Shown piece by piece: positions 1 to 10,329 of a DNA stretch of 40,363 nt. How positions within the stretch are numbered: position 1 is the stretch's first letter; every line of letters begins with the position of its first letter. The stretch lies in NCBI GenBank assembly GCA_009602735.1, contig WELA01003606.1, positions 613,076 to 653,438 on the forward strand. The letters run 5' to 3'. This stretch comes from Mesotaenium endlicherianum. Its lineage: Eukaryota. The notes below the pieces were generated by a model. The model did not search any database. It had not been told where the DNA came from and worked only from the letters and a program-made list of their open reading frames with translations. Both the position numbers and the translations under genes were made by a program.

Positions 1-459
1 CTTGTTTGGGGGGTGTCTGCGAGTGTGTGTGAGTGCGTGTGTATGTACTGGGGGGTGCTTGCCTCCACCATTCTGCTGGCTGATATTGAGAAGTAAGTGC
101 GCACGTGCAAGTGTGTGTGTGTGCGTGTAAAGTGGGGGGGGGGGAGGAGGTGTGCGTGGAGTTTGTGCACGCTCAGGCGAGGAACAGGCACCTGCCACGT
201 ACGCGCGCGCACACATACACACTCGCACACAAATACGTATCTATGCAAAATCCCTATATCAGACCAATGTGAGTACACGTGTGCGTGCTTAAGGGTCGGC
301 AGGCACCAGCTCCACACACACACACACGTGCGTGTGCGCGCACACACACAGAGAGTTATGCACATACAAATACATGCACATATTCTGTCTTCTTAACCCA
401 GTGTGCTTGCGTGCACGGTGCGGTGCGTGTGTGCGTGTGTCCGTGCGAGCGTGGGACAG

Positions 460-616
460 GCACCTACCGCACTCGCTGCGGAACCTGCTGCAGGCCGAGA
501 GCGGGGCCAACGACGGCACTGCGCTGCCACTTGTCATGCTCCCTATCCTCCTGCTCAAGGACTACTCAACGGGGGAAGCCCTGGGCAAGTGGTTCTACGA
601 GGTCTGGTTCTACCAG
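460..616 (+). CDS. Antiporter exon (HLPHSLRNLLQAESGANDG...WFYQ)
   Basis: Acceptor gggacag|g at 459/460, donor cag|gtatgt at 616/617; ESGxNDG motif. Confidence 0.85.
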
Positions 617-3600
617 GTATGTGTTCACACTCTCTTATAATTGCAAGCAAGTGGTTCCAGAAGGTCAAGGTCTAGATTCTCCAGGGGCGTGTTTGCTCTC
701 ACCTGTTAGTGGGCAAGTGGTCCTGGGGGGCCTGGCTCTACTTGGCACGCATTCCCACTTGCACACACACACACACACACACACGCGCGCATGCGCATCA
801 TTGGGCAAGTGGTTGTACGAATGTCGGGCCTCCCAGGTACTCATTGACACTCGCACCGGTTCATATCCCTGGGTGAGTGGTTTTTTCTCAAGGTCTTGTT
901 GCACACCTGGTAGGCATGCATCACACTCGCAAGATTCCTTGTGTAAATGGTTTCCAAGGTCTATTTTTTGAGCTTCTAGCTATTGCACAGTCATTCATGG
1001 ACGGCAGGTAGGTGGTTCCACGAGGTCCAAACAGACAAGGCGCGCGTTCACACTCGGCCATACACCACTTGCGGGTGGACTCAAGCGGTCTGGTAACCCC
1101 AAAAGTAGGTGCTTGCACTTGCTCATCCGCCTGCCCCAATTTCATACACTGCTGGGGGCGCCGAATTTTGAGGACGCTGCTGTCTGGTGGGAACACTTTT
1201 AGCAGTAGAAAAGAGTCGGTTGGGGAACTGACACGACAGAAGAGAGGAACAAGACCGACAAACGTTGAGGAAAACCTCGCCGAGACATTCGGCCGGCACG
1301 CACACGTGGGCTCGCGCGCAACACACGCACACACACAGACACACACAAAAAAAATGTCTCGCCTCCTGCCTCCCGCTCTCTCTTTCTCTCTTGGCAGGTG
1401 GCGCTGGCCATCCTGGTGGGGTTCGTGTACGGCACGCTGGCGTGGGGCCTCAAGTACGTGGGCACGCGCTGGAACCTCATCGACGAGCCGTCCTACCTGG
1501 CGCACGTCATCGGCCTCGCGCTCGGCTCCGTCGGCCTCCTGCGCTCCATCGGTACGCGCTCCCGCTCGCAAGCAAACCCTAACCCCCTAAAATTCCTCCG
1601 GATGCTGGCTCTAGAAACGTGGCGGCTCCTTCGGCCTCCTGCGCTCCATTGATGGGGGCTTTCGATTACCATAAGCCTTAACCCTAGAAACAAACTCTTC
1701 TGGACGCTAGACTCCAAAACATGGCGGCTCCGTCGGCCTCCTGTGCTCCGTCTATACGCGCTCTCGCTCGCCCCCTGCTCTCCAAAACACCGAGCCCCAC
1801 CAAGCTTGACCTGGACCCTAAACTCGAACCTAAACTCAAACCTAAACTTGATCCTCGCCCCACATCTGACCATAAGTACGAACTCCAGACTGATCCTGGA
1901 TAGTTTTATTTGAGAATCTCGGCTAGCTTGGCCGGCCTCCTGCGCTCCACTGCCGGTAAGCGTTCTGGCTTGCCCCAAAGCCCTCATGATTCTCCGCCCA
2001 TCTCAGGGCCCGTGACAAGCCCTAAGCCCTCGGCCCCTCACCGTCAGCCTCCTGCGCTACACCGAAAGCATTCTTGCTCGCGCCGACGCTCCCCACGGAC
2101 TCAGTCAAACTTCTCGCTAAACTTCCGGTGGCATTCTTCCTGTGAGAGTCGTAACCTCTAAGATTGCCACCCCAAACTTGGGGCCGGATCCCGAGGCGTC
2201 AATCCCAAATTGCATAATCCTAATACAGCAACCCCAACTCCTTAAACCCTGAGTACGAGCACTAGCGCTGAGCCCAAACTTTTCTGGCCCGGGATCTCAC
2301 GCCCCGACTCGCCCTCCTGCTTCCGCACCCAGCTCGCGCTCGCCCCCTCAGCCTCAGAATCCGATCATGAAAAGAACTCAGATCCCAACTCAAAGCCTAG
2401 GCCTGCCTGAGCTGCCTCAGGCACGGAGCTTTGTCAGTTCTCCGCCCTGCTCCCCCCCCCCCACCCCACCCCACCCCACCTCACCCCACTCCACCGNNNN
2501 NNNNNNNNNNNNNNNNNNNNNNNNNNNNNNNNNNNNNNNNNNNNNNNNNNNNNNNNNNNNNNNNNNNNNNNNNNNNNNNNNNNNNNNNNNNNNNNNNNNN
2601 NNNNNNNNNNNNNNNNNNNNNNNNNNNNNNNNNNNNNNNNNNNNNNNNNNNNNNNNNNNNNNNNNNNNNNNNNNNNNNNNNNNNNNNNNNNNNNNNNNNN
2701 NNNNNNNNNNNNNNNNNNNNNNNNNNNNNNNNNNNNNNNNNNNNNNNNNNNNNNNNNNNNNNNNNNNNNNNNNNNNNNNNNNNNNNNNNNNNNNNNNNNN
2801 NNNNNNNNNNNNNNNNNNNNNNNNNNNNNNNNNNNNNNNNNNNNNNNNNNNNNNNNNNNNNNNNNNNNNNNNNNNNNNNNNNNNNNNNNNNNNNNNNNNN
2901 NNNNNNNNNNNNNNNNNNNNNNNNNNNNNNNNNNNNNNNNNNNNNNNNNNNNNNNNNNNNNNNNNNNNNNNNNNNNNNNNNNNNNNNNNNNNNNNNNNNN
3001 NNNNNNNNNNNNNNNNNNNNNNNNNNNNNNNNNNNNNNNNNNNNNNNNNNNNNNNNNNNNNNNNNNNNNNNNNNNNNNNNNNNNNNNNNNNNNNNNNNNN
3101 NNNNNNNNNNNNNNNNNNNNNNNNNNNNNNNNNNNNNNNNNNNNNNNNNNNNNNNNNNNNNNNNNNNNNNNNNNNNNNNNNNNNNNNNNNNNNNNNNNNN
3201 NNNNNNNNNNNNNNNNNNNNNNNNNNNNNNNNNNNNNNNNNNNNNNNNNNNNNNNNNNNNNNNNNNNNNNNNNNNNNNNNNNNNNNNNNNNNNNNNNNNN
3301 NNNNNNNNNNNNNNNNNNNNNCCCTCTCCCCTCTTCCCTCTTCCGCACGCGCGCGCACGCGCAGGCTCCGGAGAGGTGCTGTCGGTGTTCTGCAGCAGCA
3401 TCGCCTTCAGCAGCAGCGAGCCGACAGCGGAGGAGTCCAAGTACGACGCCATCAACGGAATCGAGCTCATCGTCACCATCACCTACTTCATGTACTTCGG
3501 CGCCATCCTGCCGACGGCCGCCTGGCAGGAGATCGGCATCCTGCGCCTGCTGCTCTTCAGCGTCGGGGTCATCTTCCTGCGCCGCCTGCCCGTGCTCATC

Positions 3601-5181
3601 TGGTGCGCGCCCTGGGTGGGCCCCCTGAGACAGCAGCCGGGGGGGGCCGTCGCCATGTACACGCAGGTGAGAGGCTACCCGCTCCGGATCTGGCTCTGGC
3701 TCGAGAAGGCAGGCGGGGGGGTGCATGCACCTTTCCTGCCTTGCACCTGCTTGGCCCTGTCCTTGCATCTGCCCTGCCCCTGCCCCTGCACATGTCTTGT
3801 TCTGCCCAGTCCAGTCGCGTGCTGCCTCCTTAGGCCGTGGATGCTTGCATGCGTTTGCTGCAGCGGGTTCTTCCTGAGGGTAGGTCAAGGAGGGGGGGAG
3901 TAGGCAGGGGGGGACATGCTTTGCAATGTTTATGCGGGGGATACGTGCAAAAAGAAACAAGCCTGTCTGAGCTGGGCTGCTGCACTCGTTGGAGTACTCT
4001 CCCCGCGCGAGCACAGATTGGCGTTTGCAGCCCACAGTGCATCTCCTTGCCTGTCCCAGCTACTGCTTCCATGTGTAGCAAATTACTGACCCGCACCTCT
4101 CTCGTGCATACGTGCATACGTGCTTGCATGCATGCGTGCTGATTTTATGCGCGCGTGCTTGCGTGCGTGTGTGCCTGTACGTGCCTGTGCCTGTGCACGC
4201 GCGCTGGTGCCTGTGCGCGCGTGTGCCTGTGCGTGTGCGTGTGCGAGTGCAAGTGCGAGCGTGCAGGCGGCGTTTGCGGGGTTCTACGGGCCCATTGGCG
4301 TGGGCGCCATCTTCTACGCGGCGCTGGCGCACGAGCTCATTGAGGACGAGCTCACTTGGAACGTCATCTCCTTCGTGGTGCTCGCCTCCGTGCTCATCTA
4401 CGGCCTCTCCGCGGCGCCCCTCTCCAAGCTCGTGTACATCACGCTCAAGAAGGCGCGGCGCGCCGCCAACGAAAAGGCCCGCCTCAACGGGAGCTTCATC
4501 TCGTCAGTCCCGGGCGGCGCGGGCGGCGCGAGCGAGAGCCTCGCCGCGGTGGGTCTGGCGCTCGGGCTGGGGTTCGACGGGCGCGAGCTGAACTACACCG
4601 TGAGCAACGGGGAGGTGAAGGTCACTGTGGACTCCACGATGGCCGCGGATGCGCAGTCCCCGAACGGAAAGAGGGCGTCTGTGGAGCCCTGCGCTGCCCC
4701 CGCGCCCGCGCCTACGCCTGCGGCAGCGGCTGCTGCAGCGGCGGGAGCGGCGGCGGCAACGGCAGCGGCGGGACGGGCGGGAGGGGGGGAGGTGGGAGCA
4801 GGGGCAGCTCGAGGGGGCGGGGAAGGAGGGGGATGGGAAGCGGGAGGAGCGGAGGAAAGCTCGAGGCCCGGGAATGGCGTGAACGGGGGCGACAGCTGGC
4901 AGGCCAAGAGCACGGCGGGAGGAGAGTTTGCGTTGGATGAGAAGGACAAGGAGGGAGCGCAGGTGCTGGGGAAGCGCGAGGAGGGCGAGGTGGAGGGGGA
5001 GCAGGAGGAGGCTAGGGAGGAGACTGTGAGGGGGGGGGCCGGTCTCAGCCTCCGAGACTCCTCGTCCACTTCTTTCTCCAGGTGGTCGTCCAATGGCACG
5101 GAGGCAGCAAGCGTGCAGCGGCTGAGCAGCAGCGGGGACCAATCGGACGCCGACGCGGAGGAGAGGGCGGCGCGCGCCTGA
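460..5181 (+). CDS. Cation/H+ antiporter (CPA1, fungal Nha1/Sod2- or NhaP-like); 3' part of a spliced gene whose 5' exons lie upstream of the window
   Basis: Exons 460-616, 1398-1551, 3365-3666 and 4267-5181 have GT-AG boundaries with compatible phases. The joined protein contains LLQAESGANDG (CPA1 ESGxNDG motif), hydrophobic TM segments, FLRRLP and FAGFYGPIGVGAIFY (Nha1-like FGPIGVGA), then a low-complexity A/G/E tail. Exons show strong GC3 bias. Confidence 0.88.
581..1057 (+). repeat. Degenerate tandem copies of the exon/donor junction (ggcaagtggtt...aggt...cacactc)
   Basis: Original at 581-634; echoes begin near 647, 711, 802, 868, 938 and 1006. Confidence 0.7.
1398..1551 (+). CDS. Antiporter exon (VALAILVGFVYG...LLRSI)
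   Basis: Pyrimidine tract plus ttggcag| acceptor, donor g|gtacgc; encodes two hydrophobic helices. Confidence 0.85.
1523..2058 (+). repeat. ~100-bp degenerate tandem repeat containing the exon 3' end (ggctccgtcggcctcctgcgctcca)
   Basis: Original near 1523; echoes near 1623, 1725, 1933 and 2041. Confidence 0.75.
2497..3321. other. Assembly gap inside an intron
   Basis: Run of N flanked by (CCCCA)n and CT-rich sequence. Confidence 0.99.
3365..3666 (+). CDS. Antiporter exon (GSGEVLSVF...FLRRLP...MYTQ)
   Basis: Acceptor cgcag|gc whose phase 1 matches the previous exon, donor cag|gtgaga. Confidence 0.85.
4086..4266. repeat. Intronic TG/GTGC-rich microsatellite before the acceptor (similar tracts at 20-450, 760-790 and 1295-1350)
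   Basis: Visible dinucleotide-type repeats. Confidence 0.8.
4267..5181 (+). CDS. Antiporter last exon (AAFAGFYGPIGVGAIFY... to TGA)
   Basis: Acceptor gtgcag|gcg after a (TG)-rich tract; last TM helices, disordered tail, stop at 5179-5181. Confidence 0.85.
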   Translation, partial: AAFAGFYGPIGVGAIFYAALAHELIEDELTWNVISFVVLASVLIYGLSAAPLSKLVYITLKKARRAANEKARLNGSFISSVPGGAGGASESLAAVGLALGLGFDGRELNYTVSNGEVKVTVDSTMAADAQSPNGKRASVEPCAAPAPAPTPAAAAAAAAGAAAATAAAGRAGGGEVGAGAARGGGEGGGWEAGGAEESSRPGNGVNGGDSWQAKSTAGGEFALDEKDKEGAQVLGKREEGEVEGEQEEAREETVRGGAGLSLRDSSSTSFSRWSSNGTEAASVQRLSSSGDQSDADAEERAARA

Positions 5182-7309
5182 GCGTGCGCCTCGCACGGCG
5201 TGCTGAGCTGGGCTGGGCTGGGCCAGATCCTGGCTGGCAGACACCTGTCGCTTGTGCCGGCAGCATGATCTGCTCGGAATCACTTCCTCTTGTCCTTGAA
5301 GCTGTACATATGAACGAAGAAGTGGATGGTCCTGCTCAGGCCAAGCTGAGGTGGCGTGCAAGAAGGCAAAAGGGAATGAAAGGAAAGAGGGAAGAGGGGA
5401 GCGAGGCAGGGGAGTTTCGTATTTGACAGAGAAAAGAGTGGTGGGTCGTGCTGGCCTGCGGAGGGAGGTCACTTAAGAAGCCTGACATTTAGCAGGAGGG
5501 AGGAGGCGTGACAGGCAGCAGAAGCTTGCTGGGTGTCTTCCCGGGCTTGCCACTCCTGACTAGGTTCTTTTGGAAGTTTGCAGGGCTAACTGCAAAAGAA
5601 TGGCTCCACCTGCTTTCCTCGTCAAGATTTGGAGGTTGATCGTTGATTGAATGGCATCTCGACGACCATCGACACTGTCCAGGCTGCGGCGGGGTCCTAA
5701 GGGCGGGCGGTTCCTTTGGTGCCAAATAAGGATCCGATATGCCTCGCAGGATGCACAGGATGTGGGCTAGCGTGTCGCATGCGGGATTAGGAGCAATCTT
5801 GCTCCTTGTTCTTGCTCGCAAATGTATGCCATCTACGGCCTTGGGGGTGTCTTTGGTTTTGCTTTGAGGCCCGTTGGATGCTGGTGGGCAAGTGTTGTAT
5901 TCTGTTAGGATACGTTCCAGATGAGGATAGTTAATAAGCTTCATAGGATTCAGAAGACAGCCATCATTTTCGAGCCGAATGTGTCGGCAACTGATTGGAG
6001 CTGGAGCTGCCCAGTTGGCAGAAGCTGAAAGCGATTAAAGTAGGGGAGGATGAAAAACGCCCACAGTCTTTTTTACACATCGTAATCCTTACTCTTCAAA
6101 CTAGCTAAATGTCCTCTATTCATTCAAGATATGATAATTTGCATCATTGCAACTTGGCTGTACTGTTTGAAATTGTTTTGACATCAAAGACGAATCTTTG
6201 TTTGAGACACTTTAGGACATCAACTACAGGGTGCCCTTGAGCTTGCTATTGCAAAATTGACTGCTCTGCATTTGACAGAGCAATTCACGTGTCCAATATC
6301 CTGCCCTTTGCCCTCTCTTGGCATAGTTGGCACCCGAATGCACATGCTAGTCATTCCAATGTCATCCTCACAAATTTACAACTTTGAAACTCTTGGAAAA
6401 GTTGGCTAGCTTTACATTCATTTAGACATTTCAGTGTGATTGGTTGCAAATGGTGGAGGACTCAATAGTTTATAATTTGCTATATGATGAACGTGTCAGG
6501 AGTAAACAGATACTCCACTTTTCACAATTGGCACATTCCTTTACATCTTTAAGTCTCAAATGTTCAGTACTTTGAATGTACACAAACATACGCGGTGTTA
6601 TACATTGCCTTCTACCCAATAAAAAAGTGTTTCTGAATGGAACCCCGGGGTTACATGCATAACCAAAAATTGTGTCAACCACTAACCGTAATGCGCATTT
6701 AAATTTCCTTAAATGTACAAGCAAAAAAATAGAACAATCTCACTTCTTCAATTTTAGTCAAATTATGGAGCGTGCTGTTTTTAAAAGTAAATGGTTCATT
6801 ATTAGTAAGAAACTTTGTCATTTCTAGTTTGTGACTTGTAAGCTTGCTCAAATTCACGTGGCCTATCATGTGGAAGTTAGCGAGACATTAGAATCTTAAC
6901 TTCTTTGTGACAATACGCTAATATGGAATCTATTATAGTACTAAATATTGTTACAGGTTTGATCATCTTTGATTGCATGTGTATATGGTATATTAAAAGT
7001 GTAGCATATGCTTGTTTGTCATTCGAAAAGAGACGACGAGCGTAATGATGTATATCTATGTATACATCATAGCCCCAAGTTTTGCTTCAGCTTGTAATCT
7101 GTAGTGTTATACATTTGCATAGCTTCCACAATGAGTACTCAAGTTGCACTATTGCATGCAAGCATAGTAAGCAATATGTATCTGTATTGACATATATATT
7201 GGCTTAACGCAATGTTGCATAGCTCATTGAGTATATAGTATATACAGAGATGTATAGATATAAGTATATAGGTATGTGTATATACGGGGGCTATATTGTG
7301 CCTCATTGT

Positions 7310-7653
7310 TGTTGTGCCTAACAGCGTCGGACCCTTGGCACGTGCGTGGCTTCTCAGTACGTGTGCCTTCAACCCGGTCAACGTGTCGGCGGTCCCTTTC
7401 ACATGCGAAAATTCCCTGGTCGTTTGGTCGGTGCGTTGTTGCACGTGGGAAATCAACCGAGTTGATGGACCCCTGCACGTGTGTCGGCGGCGGACTGGCT
7501 GGGGTTGACCCATTCCCGGTCTTCCTGCACTTGCATCATGTGGTGAAGCATCCCATACTCAGTGCTTCCCATACTCAACCAGTTCCTCATTCCACACTAC
7601 TAACACTCAACAGTAATTTTTGAAACGATAGCTTATCTTCAGTTTCCCTTACA
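7310..7653 (-). mobile_element. Truncated LTR fragment of the element D family
   Basis: Similar to 8798-9077 joined to 29217-29285; ends in ...cttaca (minus-strand TGTAAG start); no matching TSD. Confidence 0.75.
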
Positions 7654-9077
7654 AGGACAGAAGCGTCTTACTTCCACATAGGCTTTCGCCCAAGTTGAGG
7701 GTTTACAGAATGAACAACTTTGTAGTTTGCAGAAATCACGTCTAAGCAGCTTAACAGGCAATGCCAGATTCAAAGAAATCCGCCCTTCAAGGCTTTTGCT
7801 TAACTTTCACAAGTCACAGCTTACAAAACTCTGAAACTGCACATCTATGCTGGCCTGGTCTGAGCTCTTCGCTCAACACCGCGCCTTAACAGCTCTTCAC
7901 TGCTTGGCTGGGCTCACTCAGTTCTTCACTGAGAGCTTTATTTGTTAATACTACTCTTGCTATGAGCAATTCAACAATTGAGACTTCTGAGAACTCGGAA
8001 ACTAACATAGCACTCACCATTTTAAGTGACCCTTGCACGCTTGTGGCGTTTGACCCAAATCTGTGCTAATCTCCTAACAAATTCTATTCTGCAACTCTCT
8101 ACTTTCTTCAACGAGATCCTCTCTTGGGAACTCCTGAAGTCTAACCTTTCTATGATACACTTAGGAAGAAATCTTCCAGTGTCGGCAGAAGCGTGGCGTC
8201 TCGGCTCTTCTTTGGCCTTGGGAACTCCCTCTTCTTTGCGCTCCTTCTGCTCCTTCAGCTTCCTTTGGCAACGATGCGAGCAAAAATGAGGCAGCTTCAG
8301 GCAGGACTCGTGCCTTTCACAAGCACCGCACGTTATCCTCTCTTGAGAATGCCAGTGCTTAGTCATAGCGCTTAGCTTGCATGCCGTCCTTACCTAGCAG
8401 CTCTCACACAGCTTAGAAGTTGTAATTCAGCATGCATGCATGCCTTGAGATTGTCGCGCGTGACCGAGGTGGCACACAATACCTCTGCAACATCCCTGCT
8501 GTACTTGGCTTAGATAGCCAATTAATCAGTACCTTTCTTGGCACTTGCTGGGCCGGCTCATTGCTGGTTCCATCCCCCTAGCCTTTCGGCTGACTACTCC
8601 GTCCAAATCCCCGTCCATCCCTGGGTGTGGGTTTGACGTGTCGTGACCACTTTGACAGTGATAACGACTTTGACATGACCGCTGACTGAGATAACTCGGT
8701 CCTTTGGTCGGTGAGTTAACATTGACTTCCCGTACCTGGGCAGCCATGACTTGCGCTGTGCGTGCGGCACCGTCAAGCGGATAGCAGTCGCAACAGCTGT
8801 CGTGCCTAACAGCGTCCGACCCCTGGCACGTGCGTGGCTTCTCAGTACGTGTGCCTTTGACCCGGTCGACGTGTCGGCGGTCCCTTTCACGTGCGGGAAC
8901 TCCCTGGTTGTTTGGTCGGTGCGTTGCTGCACGTGGGAAATCAACCGAGTTGATGGACCCCTGCACGTGTGTCGACGACGGACTGGCTGGGGTTGACCGA
9001 GTCCTGGTCTTCCTGCACTTGCATCATGCGGTGAAGCATCCCACACTCAGTGCATTCCATACTCAAGTAGTTCTCTC

Positions 9078-9575
9078 TGTAGTGAAATAGATAGATAAAG
9101 TACTTAGTAAAATAGAATACTTTATTCAAGACAAGGATCTTTGAACACAAGTGGTAGCTTCTTGAAAGAGAGATGGCTTCTTGATAGTTACTATATTTCT
9201 GGAATTTGGCAAGTACAAGAGTGATTCTGGAATGTCTTTCTATGTTCTAGCTCTTGTTTATTTACTTGCTGCATAAGTAATTTCTAGGAAAATATATGTT
9301 GATGTGTTGGCACCCAACACATCCCAAAACTTGCCACCTCTTTCTAGAATAATGTACACATGTCCTTTTGACCTAAAAATGGCACGTTTGACTTTTGCCA
9401 CATGGAGTTCTTCTGGGTCCTTCCTCTAACTTCGAAAATGCCTCAAAAGGTTCAAAGGACATGAACCAAGTCACTAGAGTATCTATTCACACTTGACTCC
9501 ACACAATAATACTCCAATATATTCAAAAGCATTAAAATATATGCAAACTAATACACTATAACTCGAATCACGACA
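9078..9575 (-). repeat. Element A 3' LTR
   Basis: ~94% identical by eye to 28716-29216; adjacent to PPT (rc CGGGGGAGTGA). Confidence 0.95.
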
Positions 9576-10329
9576 TCACTCCCCCGATAGAAAAAGCGAC
9601 GTCTCGGCGCGTCAAGTCAGGTGTTACACATGTGGAGCAGAGTTGTGAACAGCTTCAAGTTAGAGGCCACACATGTGAAGAGGACTAGTCAAAGGCGCCA
9701 AGTCAGGTGCTACACATGTAAGGTAGACTAGGCAAGGTCGTGGGTGGTGTGACCTTATTGGCTAGCCCACTCCTTGATGATAAAGGAAAATTGTACAAGT
9801 TGGCCCAGAATCTGCCACGAACCCAAAAATTCATAGCGGCCCCAAATTGCTCCAAATCTGAGAATTCGAGTGCCAGACGGACCGCGTCAGAGAACTCTAC
9901 CGGGGTCACCAAATTTGAGAGCATTCTAATTTCTGGAGTGTCGTTGAGAGCTGAGAGAGTAGGCACTCCTCCAAATCTGTGCAGAAACTTCTGAAAATCA
10001 TAAGTCCGTCTATACTTCTCCAAATTCTGCAAAGTAAGTCTCAAAATGGGCGCCAGAGTCTTGAGTTTTAGAGCATTCCAAGTTCAGGGGAGGGCACAAT
10101 GTCAGAAGGCATATTTTGCCCTAATAATGCCAGCAGCCTGACCCCCTTCTACTTGGAGCATTATATCTCTGTCACCAGTGCTCCAATTTGAGCAAACTTG
10201 GACTCTAAATGACCGGCTACTCATGGACTACATCCAAGTAAATTTTCAGAATTTATGATGTGGAGACTTTTTACCAGTACAGTTTTGATTTTCTGTCCAG
10301 AAACTGCGAGAAGAGAAAAGTGTCTAATG

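Noticed and set aside
97..2161. His/Thr- and Cys/Val-rich ORFs
   Set aside because: Translations of intronic (CA/TG)n repeats or alternative frames over real exons.
2367..4035. 300-530 aa ORFs
   Set aside because: Length is inflated by the N gap.
4504..5472. Antisense ORFs over the antiporter last exon
   Set aside because: GC-rich shadow frames with no recognisable motif.
5489..7300. ORFs and possible small elements downstream of the antiporter
   Set aside because: No motifs, TIRs or TSDs found; treated as 3' UTR and intergenic DNA.
8022..8366. 114-aa Cys/His-containing ORF
   Set aside because: No recognisable motif spacing and no second copy to test conservation.
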